IMG/VR virus record: IMGVR_UViG_3300049988_000245
Coordinates: 32,001-96,000 of that record
From: a virus
Taxonomy: Duplodnaviria; Caudoviricetes
Direction: 5' to 3' (one strand)
Length of the DNA stretch: 64,000 nt
Both the position numbers and the translations under genes were made by a program. Positions 1-8,940 of this stretch are shown piece by piece. The notes beneath the pieces are model-generated. The model saw only the letters and a program-made list of their open reading frames with translations. It was not told the origin of the DNA and searched no databases. Every line of letters begins with the position of its first letter. Position 1 is the stretch's first letter.

Positions 1-180
1 GACGGGGAGAAGCGTCCGCGTCCGATCAAGGCGTTGGAGACGATCCCGGACGAATATCACGACGTTGTCTACTTTGGTGATAACGACAACGAGCAGACCG
101 TACAGGAATTCTTCGACGAATGATTTAGGGATTCCATAAGGGCGCATGGTAGAACGGATTGTTCATCAATCGATTCTCCC

Positions 181-798
181 ATGGCCCTTGTTAATACTGA
201 CATCGACATTGACTTCGCGAATCGTGATCATGCCCTGAAGGGGCTGCATCATATTCCAGCCACCGTTCGGGATTCGATCGGACGCCACACCCGGCACGTC
301 TCGGGGGTCTATTTCCAGCCCGTCCCGATCGACCCCCTCAGCGGGCTGTCCGCGTACGCCTATGACGAGGCGGCCGAACGCGGCTATTTTAAAATCGATT
401 TCCTGAACAACTCGATCTATCAGGGCATTCGGGACGAAGCCCATCTGGACGAACTCCTCGCGAAGGAAGTCGAGTGGGAGTTATTTGATGAATCAACCTT
501 CGTGGAGGAGCTTCCTCATATTGGGAATCACTTCGGCACAGTCCAATCGATCAAGCCGCGCTCGATCGAAGACCTCGCGGTGATTCTCGCCCTGATGCGT
601 CCGGGCAAGCGCTACCTGATTGGTCAGCCCCGGTCGAAGGTGGACGAGGAAATCTGGAAGCCTGACCCGAAGGGGTACCACTTCAAGCGCGCCCACGCCA
701 TCGCATACTCAGTATCCATTATCGTGAAACTCCATTTGCTTATTGAACAGCTTGGTTCTTCGATCGATGCGGAAAAAGCCAACGATGCCCTCTTCTAG
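181..798 (+). CDS. DNA polymerase III alpha-subunit (DnaE)-like short protein
   Basis: Motifs DIDID, RHxSGxY, GYFKIDFL, RPGK and FKRAHAIAY recall the DnaE palm/fingers region; ends in TAG. Confidence 0.7.
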   Translation: MALVNTDIDIDFANRDHALKGLHHIPATVRDSIGRHTRHVSGVYFQPVPIDPLSGLSAYAYDEAAERGYFKIDFLNNSIYQGIRDEAHLDELLAKEVEWELFDESTFVEELPHIGNHFGTVQSIKPRSIEDLAVILALMRPGKRYLIGQPRSKVDEEIWKPDPKGYHFKRAHAIAYSVSIIVKLHLLIEQLGSSIDAEKANDALF

Positions 799-1165
799 CC
801 TACACGCGGGCTATCCCCGGTGGGGGGACGATCTCTACTTGGTCGGCGACGTGTATGATTCTGAAACGAGCAAGCAGATTTGGACCTGCCTGATCATGCG
901 AATCTATGATCACGAGAAAGACCTCGATCGTGGCCGATTCGAAAATTTCAAGCGCGAAACTCGGGAGTTCACCGTCTCGTTCAAGCTGACCAATCAGTCC
1001 CAACCCTGGGCCACCCTCATCGGACCGATGATCAACTGGATCGCCGAGATCGGCAATCAGCCATGGAGCTTGGACATCGACATCCTACACGTGGGCGAGG
1101 GGCGGTTCGACTTCAGCTTCGACGAACTCGATGTGGCGACGATGTTCAAGCTGGTGTTCGCATGA
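785..1165 (+). CDS. small-domain paralog family member (AxxFK-W family)
   Basis: MINWIAEIG...FDFSFDELDVATMFKLVFA; likely ATG at 785 within track ORF 743-1165. Confidence 0.6.
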   Translation: MPSSSLHAGYPRWGDDLYLVGDVYDSETSKQIWTCLIMRIYDHEKDLDRGRFENFKRETREFTVSFKLTNQSQPWATLIGPMINWIAEIGNQPWSLDIDILHVGEGRFDFSFDELDVATMFKLVFA

Positions 1166-1404
1166 ACTACCAGTTCGACGTCGAGAGCGCGTGGTTTCCC
1201 GTCCACGAGAGCCCGAAGCCGCGCAAGGATTGGTTCCGGAAGCGCTACGAGGTGCTGGCCGAATGGCTGGACGAAAACACCCCGGAGTGGAAGTTCAGGG
1301 CGGAACTAGACAATTACGAGTACGACTCGATCTACTCGTTCTATCGAATCGTCGTTCAGTTCGATGAAGAGGATGACGCATTCCTCTATAAGATGCGCTG
1401 GTGA
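1162..1404 (+). CDS. small-domain paralog family member
   Basis: ATGA overlap with the previous gene; LAEWLDENTP...QFDEEDDAFLYKMRW. Confidence 0.7.
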   Translation: MNYQFDVESAWFPVHESPKPRKDWFRKRYEVLAEWLDENTPEWKFRAELDNYEYDSIYSFYRIVVQFDEEDDAFLYKMRW

Positions 1405-1439
1405 TTCTATAGGGTGTTTATAAGGCTTTAAATAGCTTT

Positions 1440-1884
1440 ATGACCTATCAGAACCCTCCCCGTGGCGGTATCGTCCAGCCAAACTCAAAGCATAGCTATC
1501 GTGTCAAGTTTCGCGGTGGCTTCATCGATACCTCGGAATCCTACCTTGATTTCATGCAAAACATGATCTCGGTAGACCTAGACCTTGTCGCGAAGCGCAT
1601 CACCCTGGTGCCGGGACGACATTCTGGCGCTCGCCTCACAGCATATCGCAAAAATGCTGAAGCTGTCTGAATCCGATATCTGCATCGAGCATCTGTCGAA
1701 CTGTGCCGACGTGGTCTCGGTGAAGTCGTTCTCTCACTGCGAGGCGGTCTCGCACACGTACAAGCTCGATTATGCCGAGGCGGGTGCTGCCACACACACG
1801 CTGGTGTTCTCCTATTACGACTTTCGCACCTATCTGGCGCGCAAGCCCATCGATCCGGTTGAAGAGTTCGATCCGGTCATTTAG
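1440..1884 (+). pseudogene. tail-tube (gp19)-like protein split by a frameshift near 1605-1612
   Basis: Frame A gives QPNSKHSYRVKF...ITLV; frame B continues CRDD...ICIEHL...YKLDY...LVFSYYD. The joined length is about 148 aa. Confidence 0.4.
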
Positions 1885-2144
1885 CACCAGCGCATCTTGA
1901 AATCGAACGCGTCGATTTCTTCGCGGAACATGATCTTTGGCGCCTCATGGTGCCAGAGCTTCTTTCGCTTCATCCGGTCCTCACACCACTGGACGACCTC
2001 AGAGAACTCTTTGGGCAACATACCTCTAGGTCCGATGAACCGGTACGGGTAATGACGATCCAAAGGAGACCCACCGATCCACCGACCGGTCTGGCGGTCA
2101 TAATAGTTATAGCTCCCTCGTTTCATCTCGATGAATTTTAGCAT
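1881..2144 (-). CDS. small-domain paralog family member
   Basis: MLKFIEMK...VVQWCEDRM...IMFREEIDAFDFKMRWC. Confidence 0.7.
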   Translation of the reverse strand: MLKFIEMKRGSYNYYDRQTGRWIGGSPLDRHYPYRFIGPRGMLPKEFSEVVQWCEDRMKRKKLWHHEAPKIMFREEIDAFDFKMRWC

Positions 2145-2145
2145 C

Positions 2146-2589
2146 TCAGTACCACTGCATCTTGAACCACATGGCTTCGTTCGGGTCCTCAAACCACAGG
2201 ATCGCTTCGGACAGTTGATGATCCGAAAACGGCAGCATCGTCCATTGCGAGACGAGATTCGACTTACACCATTCCCGTACGTCCTTACGCAGGGAATGCC
2301 GCTTCGCCAAACCATCCAAGATGGACCGCGCTGATCCGTAGAGTTCTCGCCGTCCATCCGCCTCCAGATTGAGGCGCGCCCCTCCGGCGTACCGAATCTC
2401 ATGATCCTCGTGAAACGCAGCGAGGCGAGCAGCATAATCCTGGCTCGCAAGAATGCGCCGTTGGTGTTCTTCCGCTTCCCGTTCGATCCACTGCTGGGTT
2501 TCATACCGCGCCGCCTTGACCCCGGCAATGACGAACGTGATTAGCATTCCCATACACAGCAGGAAAACAATGAATCCTGCCACGTTCAT
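2146..2589 (-). CDS. paralog family member with N-terminal transmembrane segment
   Basis: Hydrophobic N-terminus; VREWCKSNL...WFEDPNEAMWFKMQWY. Confidence 0.65.
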   Translation of the reverse strand: MNVAGFIVFLLCMGMLITFVIAGVKAARYETQQWIEREAEEHQRRILASQDYAARLAAFHEDHEIRYAGGARLNLEADGRRELYGSARSILDGLAKRHSLRKDVREWCKSNLVSQWTMLPFSDHQLSEAILWFEDPNEAMWFKMQWY

Positions 2590-2655
2590 TTGGGGTCCCT
2601 CCGACTCAGGAGAAGCTGAAACATCGTCGAGGACGGGTCCATGAAATCTCCAAAC

Positions 2656-2681
2656 AAAAAGCCGCTAGAACTCTAGCGGCT
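2656..2681 (-). terminator. intrinsic terminator
   Basis: GCCGCTAGA/TCTAGCGGC stem with an A5 run on the + strand (U-tract on -). Confidence 0.6.
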
Positions 2682-2706
2682 CAATGTAACCCAATCCATA
2701 TTAATT

Positions 2707-3084
2707 TCAATCAGGACGACGAAGTAGGGTTACCTGCCGCTTGCGAACACGTCGAGCGATCGTCTCCTGAAGCGAGACCGAGGGTCCAGAGATTAGGTTA
2801 AAGTCTTTTCGGGCGAAGTGCTTGAGGAAGGGGCGGAACTGGCGGAACGTGGGGTCCTTCGTGAAGATGTTGATCGGCACCATACGGTTCGATCCCCACC
2901 ACCATGCCTCTCCAAAACGAAGAAACAGAGCCCGCTGAGCTTCATCTGGAATCAGGTCAAGCACATACATCGACAGCAACTGATTGTCGCTATTCTGAAT
3001 AATACCCAAATAATGCGTTTCCTGTAGACACCCGTAACTAAGGAACGGGAATGTCTCTAGAATCTTCTCAATTCGTTCATCCAT
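2707..3084 (-). CDS. conserved jumbo-phage hypothetical protein
   Basis: Clean 125 aa ORF with WWWGSNRMVPINIF; TAAATA on the - strand upstream near 3112. Confidence 0.6.
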   Translation of the reverse strand: MDERIEKILETFPFLSYGCLQETHYLGIIQNSDNQLLSMYVLDLIPDEAQRALFLRFGEAWWWGSNRMVPINIFTKDPTFRQFRPFLKHFARKDFNLISGPSVSLQETIARRVRKRQVTLLRRPD

Positions 3085-3198
3085 CTCATTGTACGCCAGT
3101 TATGTACTACTATTTAGTTAAGCGTACTCAAGCTACAACTTTATTAAATCTTACAACATAATCGGCCCCTCAGCCTCCTATATTGATCTGACATAAAT

Positions 3199-4086
3199 AT
3201 GACTATGTCGGTCGTGCACGTCTATAATATTCCGCAAGTTGTAATCCTGTGCACCGGCACTGGAGCCAACACAATGAACTTTCCTGTTTCGCGAACGGAC
3301 ATCAAGCTGTCCAAAAACGTCGAGAATGTCATCGATATCTACGTTCGTGACATAGATCGAAAGCCTACTGCACCGGGCGGCATTCTGACGCTGCGAATCT
3401 TAGACCGCAAGAATCGTCGGGTTGTTGCATCCGCACCACTACTGCTGGTGGACCCGAAGAAGGTTCAGTACACCGCGACAATCTCTGGTCTCGACCTAAT
3501 CGAGGTCGATGTCGGGTACTACGACTATGTGGTCTCCTATACGGCCCCGAACGGATTGGAGAGCCTACTCTTCACAGACCGCGACCGGACCGAGATTTCC
3601 ACCGCCGAGGTCCGTCAGGGGCCGTTCCCCGATTACGTCGATGCGGTTCTCCTAACCAAGGACGGGATGCTCTCCCGCGATGTGACCACGCTGTATTCGG
3701 AGCCCCTGGATGGCGCCGCACGCGTGCGCAACGTCTCGGGAATCTCCTCGTTCGTCGTCCTGGGCAACCACTACACGGGCAAGATCACCGTGCAGGCGCT
3801 GCTCGATGCGATGCCGACCAACGATGACACGCAGTGGTTCGACGTAGCCTCGTACGAGTTCGACGATCTCACCGGGAATCAGGCGTTCACGTTCGAGGGG
3901 AACTTCGTCTGGGTCCGCTTCAAGCTGACCGACCGTTTGCCCTTGGTGATCCCGAAGGATGACGGCTGCTGCACCTCGTGCTTGGTCGGATGCCCCGAGG
4001 ATGACAAGCACAATTCACTGACCACCCCGATCGACTGGCCCGCCGAGACTCAGGTTGGTCTGCTTGAGATTCAGTTTAGAGCCTGA
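3199..4086 (+). CDS. putative virion/baseplate structural protein
   Basis: Beta-rich; CATAAATA late promoter at 3192-3199. Confidence 0.5.
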   Translation: MTMSVVHVYNIPQVVILCTGTGANTMNFPVSRTDIKLSKNVENVIDIYVRDIDRKPTAPGGILTLRILDRKNRRVVASAPLLLVDPKKVQYTATISGLDLIEVDVGYYDYVVSYTAPNGLESLLFTDRDRTEISTAEVRQGPFPDYVDAVLLTKDGMLSRDVTTLYSEPLDGAARVRNVSGISSFVVLGNHYTGKITVQALLDAMPTNDDTQWFDVASYEFDDLTGNQAFTFEGNFVWVRFKLTDRLPLVIPKDDGCCTSCLVGCPEDDKHNSLTTPIDWPAETQVGLLEIQFRA

Positions 4087-4088
4087 AG

Positions 4089-4547
4089 ATGCGATATTTC
4101 GACCTACTGGAAGGCCAGACAAAATTTCATTTGAGCGTCGCTCCGCAAGACCAGAAAATCTGCATTCGGGCTCTGCGCGTCGCCACAAAGATACTTGCTG
4201 AGCGAAACTTAGCTCACATTCTTGATTGCGAGATACGTTTTTCGCCAGATCGTTCTGAATACTGGAGGGAACGCGACATCATCATTATCGATTCGCGTCG
4301 TGATGCCGAACACATGGTCAACTCCTTGCTTCATGAAGCAGGGCATCGCTTGCAGATCACAAGTTTCTCTCTACTCAGAAATTTAAAGCTTATATTTGCT
4401 CACTTTAGAGGAAAGCTCGCACCAAACGATTACTCTCGCCAAAATCACTACGAGTTGTTCGCAGAACTATTCCGTCTCTGGTCGCTTAACGAGCTTTCTG
4501 ACGAAAAGTCTCAATGGATGACAGCGGTCATCTCTAAGTATACCTGA
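4089..4547 (+). CDS. HExxH metallopeptidase-like protein
   Basis: LLHEAGH and ELFAE motifs. Confidence 0.55.
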   Translation: MRYFDLLEGQTKFHLSVAPQDQKICIRALRVATKILAERNLAHILDCEIRFSPDRSEYWRERDIIIIDSRRDAEHMVNSLLHEAGHRLQITSFSLLRNLKLIFAHFRGKLAPNDYSRQNHYELFAELFRLWSLNELSDEKSQWMTAVISKYT

Positions 4548-4990
4548 TGCCACGCCGTTCCCGCCCAAAGCGCACTACCAAGACCGTATCCCACCGCGTC
4601 CCACCGAAACCCGCAAGCTGGTTCTGCGATCGTGGCACCTGTCGGTTCTGCGGCGAGCCGATCATCGAGAACGGTAAGGTCAACGGCCGGAAGCACTGGC
4701 ATACGCCATGCGCGCTCGTCTGGAATGTAATGAACAACCCCTCGGAGGCGCGCCTCCATGTGACGCGCCGTGAGAACTTTACCTGCGAGGAATGCGGCTA
4801 CCACAACGTGGACGGTCGATTCGAGGTCGATCACATCAAGCCTCTATTTGAGGCGAAGGGCGACCCCACCTATTGGCAATCACCCAACCTGATGCTGCTC
4901 TGCCTGGATTGCCACAAGATCAAAACCAAGGCCGACATGATCCGGTTTCGAGCGATGATCACCTGCGATGATCCGTTGACACCTGACTGA
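4547..4990 (+). CDS. HNH endonuclease
   Basis: CxxC pairs; EVDHIKPL...NLMLLCLDCHKIKT. Confidence 0.85.
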   Translation: MPRRSRPKRTTKTVSHRVPPKPASWFCDRGTCRFCGEPIIENGKVNGRKHWHTPCALVWNVMNNPSEARLHVTRRENFTCEECGYHNVDGRFEVDHIKPLFEAKGDPTYWQSPNLMLLCLDCHKIKTKADMIRFRAMITCDDPLTPD

Positions 4991-5003
4991 ATCAGTGTAC
5001 ATT
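4976..5003 (+). promoter_or_regulatory. phage early-type promoter
   Basis: TTGACA-N16-TACATT followed by CATCAG; same layout at 7 other sites. Confidence 0.65.
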
Positions 5004-5028
5004 GAGTACATCAGCAAGGAGAGCCCGC

Positions 5029-5310
5029 ATGTCGATCGAACGCGCTATCCGCTACGCCACCTCGCGCATGGACGCCGGGCGCGTCGCTCGTGATTATGGC
5101 GAGTTCTCCATGTGGCGCAGCCGAATGAAGTGGCTTCGCGAGAAAGTCCGCCTCTACAAGTCCGCAGCCGCTGAGATTGCTCGGGACGAACTCCACATCC
5201 TCGTTGAGGAGAATGCTCGCCGGTCTCCCGACCTTCACCCGAAAATCCTCGCCTACCGGATCAGGTCGTCCGCTGCGGCCGAGGAAATGCTTTTGAGACT
5301 CGGCGGATGA
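5029..5310 (+). CDS. hypothetical protein
   Basis: AGGAG RBS directly downstream of the promoter; overlaps the next ATG. Confidence 0.55.
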   Translation: MSIERAIRYATSRMDAGRVARDYGEFSMWRSRMKWLREKVRLYKSAAAEIARDELHILVEENARRSPDLHPKILAYRIRSSAAAEEMLLRLGG

Positions 5311-5609
5311 AGTTTCGCCCGACCAGCCCGACCATGTTCATGCTGGACCTACCATTCGTCGGACCGAACGAGTGGGAATCCAAACTGATCCGGAAGAACG
5401 ATACCCTCAAGGCGGTATTCGACGCTGGCTGGTGGTGGTGCGTCCGTCAGCATGGCGAGCCGAAGTCGATTGGAGTACGCGATTCCGACGATGACTGGAT
5501 TTGGTCGTTCTTCGGGTTCTATCCCCTCCGGCGCGAAGGAACGCTTCGTTCAGGCATCTACTTCAAGGACCCGAATGCGGCGTTCCACTTTCGGCTGGCC
5601 TGCTGTTAA
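5307..5609 (+). CDS. small-domain paralog family member
   Basis: GWWWCVRQHG...IYFKDPNAAFHFRLACC. Confidence 0.65.
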   Translation: MKFRPTSPTMFMLDLPFVGPNEWESKLIRKNDTLKAVFDAGWWWCVRQHGEPKSIGVRDSDDDWIWSFFGFYPLRREGTLRSGIYFKDPNAAFHFRLACC

Positions 5610-5628
5610 CCATCTCGAATCAACTTAG

Positions 5629-5656
5629 TTGACGTTCTCCTGAGTTGCTGTACATT
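5629..5656 (+). promoter_or_regulatory. phage early-type promoter
   Basis: TTGACG-N16-TACATT; TTAACCAT at 5606-5613. Confidence 0.65.
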
Positions 5657-5683
5657 GTGGACATCAGCGCAGGAGAGACACCG

Positions 5684-6151
5684 ATGTCCGACAACAAGCC
5701 CACCCGCATGATTCACGGCGCCGAGCAGGGCAAGATGGTCCGCGCCGCTCTCAAGCAGGCGTTCCCCGGCATCAAGTTCTCGGTGACCTCGAAGGGCGCG
5801 ATCAACGTGTCGTGGACCAACGGCCCGACCAAAAAGGCAGTTGCGGCGATCGTCGATACGTTCCGGGGCGGCGACTTCGACGGCATGCAGGACTTGATGA
5901 TCCCCCGTAACACCTACCTGGGTGACGAGCAGATCAGCTTCATCAACGATTGCGTGTTCTGCGACCGCACGATCACCCCGGAGTTCATCGAAACCACCCG
6001 CAAGGCCCTGGCGACCCTCGACGGGCAGACCGTGTGTGATCTGCTCAACCAGTCGCCCTTCCCGAACGAGCAGGACGTGGCCAAGCGCATCGCCTACATC
6101 CTCCCGGTGGTCGTGGCCCAGCCGGTCAATGGGCTCCCCACGGTGAAGTGA
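5684..6151 (+). CDS. LPD29-like (large polyvalent protein-associated) domain protein
   Basis: VRAALKQAFPGIKFSVTS...VSWTNGPT...FDGMQD. Confidence 0.65.
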   Translation: MSDNKPTRMIHGAEQGKMVRAALKQAFPGIKFSVTSKGAINVSWTNGPTKKAVAAIVDTFRGGDFDGMQDLMIPRNTYLGDEQISFINDCVFCDRTITPEFIETTRKALATLDGQTVCDLLNQSPFPNEQDVAKRIAYILPVVVAQPVNGLPTVK

Positions 6152-6305
6152 GGAGAGACCCGATGACCTACGAGTTTTACCCAACCATCTCCACCTACGG
6201 GTGCCATGCGATCGTCTACCGGCCGATGGAACGGATTCGGCCTGGACCGGAATGCAACGAGTCCACGCGTATCTGGATTTTCCCGGATTCGAATCTCGAC
6301 GACGA

Positions 6306-7004
6306 TTAGTACCGGCCACCCCAACGATCGCCGTTATCGCGCTCCCGGTACTGCTGGGCCTTGTGGTTGTCCAGAATCTCGATCACGTCCTTCGCGCAGA
6401 CCGGATCGGTCACGACAATCTCGCCCGTAACCTTCTGGAGGAAGTTGCGCGGGCCGATGTCGATGGCAAACTGGCTGGCGTCGTAATTCGAGATGAACGA
6501 CCAGAACTCGTACAGCAGATGATTCTCATCCTCTGAGAAGTGCACGCACGCCTCGCGCACGCAAAGTTCGTGGGCCTCGCGATTGCTCATGCGGTAGCCG
6601 AACTTCGCCCGAGCCTTGCTCAGCACGTCGCCGACCTCCTTGCAGGCGCGGCGCACCAGCCGGATGTTCGGTCCGGAAATCTTCTCCAGCTTCGGCATCT
6701 CCAGCACGATGATCTCGATGTCGCGCATTTCCGGCACCGGGTGCATGTGAGAGTCGAACGCGTCGATGTAGCGGGCAATCCCGCAGTCGCGCATGTACTC
6801 GGCCTTGATCACGTCGCGGGTGAAGATCAGAACGGTCTCCGGGTCCTTCTCGAACACCAGACTGGTCATACCGCGACCGAGCAGCTTCAGCCCACGGTAC
6901 TTAGCCGGAATCTCACGCTTCCACACGGCAGAGGCGCGCGGACCCTCGTCTAGAATCTCTTCTTCAATAGCAGATTCGTTGATTAGGTTGATGAACTGTC
7001 TCAT
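6306..7004 (-). CDS. protein kinase-like protein with capsid-targeting-like leader
   Basis: LLGRGMTSLVF Gly-loop, DIGPRN catalytic-loop-like and VVTDP motifs; leader MRQFINLINES; TAAATA upstream. Confidence 0.6.
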   Translation of the reverse strand: MRQFINLINESAIEEEILDEGPRASAVWKREIPAKYRGLKLLGRGMTSLVFEKDPETVLIFTRDVIKAEYMRDCGIARYIDAFDSHMHPVPEMRDIEIIVLEMPKLEKISGPNIRLVRRACKEVGDVLSKARAKFGYRMSNREAHELCVREACVHFSEDENHLLYEFWSFISNYDASQFAIDIGPRNFLQKVTGEIVVTDPVCAKDVIEILDNHKAQQYRERDNGDRWGGRY

Positions 7005-7026
7005 GCCAATATTTATTGATAACAAC

Positions 7027-7058
7027 AAAAAAGGCACCGCATCATCGCGGTGCCTTTT
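7027..7058. terminator. bidirectional intrinsic terminator
   Basis: A6-GGCACCGC-loop-GCGGTGCC-T4. Confidence 0.7.
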
Positions 7059-7144
7059 CTCTGGCGTCAGACTGCTTTAGGTTCGGGTAGCAACTTTCTG
7101 TAATATATCTTTAATCTCAAGGACTGACAATTTCTAAATAACCG

Positions 7145-7789
7145 ATGTTATATTCTGTTTATAAGATCAAGAACACCCTGAACAATAAGGTATACATTGG
7201 AATCACAAGACGGCCAATGAAGATTCGGTGGAAGTGCCACGTCGGCGATGCCCGCCGGGGATCGAAATTTCATTTCCATCGTGCTATTAACAAGTACGGA
7301 TCGGATTTTTTTCAAGTCGAGATTCTTCTGTCTGGATTGACCAGCACTGAAGCTGGCGAAGCTGAAATACGTTTGATTCGAGAGCATGACTCTTACCGCA
7401 ATGGATACAACGAAACACAGGGCGGCGACATCGTTGAATGGTTCGAGAAGGCAACCCCCGAGGTTCGATCGGCCATAATTGAGCGCCGACGCAACGGGTT
7501 TCTTCGATATCTAGCTGCACGGTCTGAAGAAGAGATTCAAGCTCATCGAGATCGCACCGCCGAACAGTGGAGGAATCAGGACCCCATAGACCGAAATGCC
7601 ATGTCGAAGAAAATGGCATCTCGAAAGGCAAAGCGGTATCGTGTGACATCACCAGAAGGTCTCGTCACTGATGTACTGAATCTCAAGGCGTTTTGTCTGG
7701 AGATGAATCTTAATCAGAGTCATATGACTGGAGTCGCAAAGGGGCGTCTTCGATCATATCGTGGCTGGAAGGCTGAGTATCTTGATTGA
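7145..7789 (+). CDS. GIY-YIG homing endonuclease (Seg-like)
   Basis: SVYKIKNTLNNKVYIGIT, EAE, NGYNETQGG; visibly AT-richer than the flanks. Confidence 0.85.
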   Translation: MLYSVYKIKNTLNNKVYIGITRRPMKIRWKCHVGDARRGSKFHFHRAINKYGSDFFQVEILLSGLTSTEAGEAEIRLIREHDSYRNGYNETQGGDIVEWFEKATPEVRSAIIERRRNGFLRYLAARSEEEIQAHRDRTAEQWRNQDPIDRNAMSKKMASRKAKRYRVTSPEGLVTDVLNLKAFCLEMNLNQSHMTGVAKGRLRSYRGWKAEYLD

Positions 7790-7801
7790 GTAGCATTTTT
7801 A

Positions 7802-8872
7802 ATGTCATACGTCGAAAAGCTTATTAGTGATGACTTCGTTTGGACCTCGATAACGAATCATGTAACTGGTCCGCGTAAGCGTAACAGCGGTGGTGGATTC
7901 CATATCAACTGTCCCATGTGTACGTCCCGTGGCGAAGGCGTTGATACGCGTATGCGTTGTGGTGCCAAGCCTGATCAGGGCGGCGTGGTGATCTTCTGCT
8001 TCAACTGCTCGTTCAAAACGCGTTGGAAGCCCGGCGAACTCCTCTCCCGCAACATGCAGGCGTTTCTCCAGGCGATCGGCGTCTCCTCGTCTGAGGTGGC
8101 CCGGCTGAATCACAAGGCGTTCACGTACCGCTCGATTTTCGAGAAGAGCCCGGACGCGATGAACCTCATTCCCGAGGTGACCCGCCCGAGCTTCCATACG
8201 ACCCCACTACCGGACGGCGCCAAGTCGTTCGAGGAATGGGCTGCAATGGCCGAACCACCTCAGGATTTCCTTGAGGTGGCCGACTACCTGTTCTCGCGCG
8301 GTGATGAGATCGCCCTGTCCTCGACGTTCTACTGGACGCCCGAGCCGGGTCGGCATGACCTGAACCGCCGCGTGATCATCCCGCTGAGGTTCGAGGATCG
8401 CATCGTCGGGTATACGGCCCGACACATCGATAAGGAGGCCCGTCCGCGCTACCAGATGCAGACGCAGCCGAACTTCTTGTTCAACTCCCACGCGCTCACC
8501 GCACCGAAGCGTAAATACGCCGTCCTCGTGGAAGGCGTCCTCGACGCCCTCGCGATCGACGGTGTCGGGCTCCTCGGAGCCCATCTCAACCCACAGCAGA
8601 TCGCCTGGATCAAGAGCCACGGCAAGCAGGTCATTCTGGTCCCCGATCGGGACCGACAGGGTGCCGCGCTGATCGACGTGGCCCTGGCCAATAACTGGCG
8701 GGTCGCGTTCCCGGCTTTGAAAAGCTCCGGAGGATCGTGGTGGGAGGAGGATGTGAAGGACTGCGCCGAGGCCGTTAAGCGATACGGCCGGGCGTGGACT
8801 CTTCTGTCAGTTATTGAAAGTTCGACTGACAGTAAGCTAGAGATCAATTTGAAGCGCAAGTTTTACGTCTGA
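7802..8872 (+). CDS. DNA primase (T4 gp61-like)
   Basis: Zn-finger CPMC...CFNC; TOPRIM motifs VEGVLDA and PDRD...G. Confidence 0.9.
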   Translation: MSYVEKLISDDFVWTSITNHVTGPRKRNSGGGFHINCPMCTSRGEGVDTRMRCGAKPDQGGVVIFCFNCSFKTRWKPGELLSRNMQAFLQAIGVSSSEVARLNHKAFTYRSIFEKSPDAMNLIPEVTRPSFHTTPLPDGAKSFEEWAAMAEPPQDFLEVADYLFSRGDEIALSSTFYWTPEPGRHDLNRRVIIPLRFEDRIVGYTARHIDKEARPRYQMQTQPNFLFNSHALTAPKRKYAVLVEGVLDALAIDGVGLLGAHLNPQQIAWIKSHGKQVILVPDRDRQGAALIDVALANNWRVAFPALKSSGGSWWEEDVKDCAEAVKRYGRAWTLLSVIESSTDSKLEINLKRKFYV

Positions 8873-8940
8873 ATTTCTAAAGCATCATTTTCGCAGAATC
8901 GCTCATTTTATCTGTCCGTTTGCTAGGAAAATAATAATCA

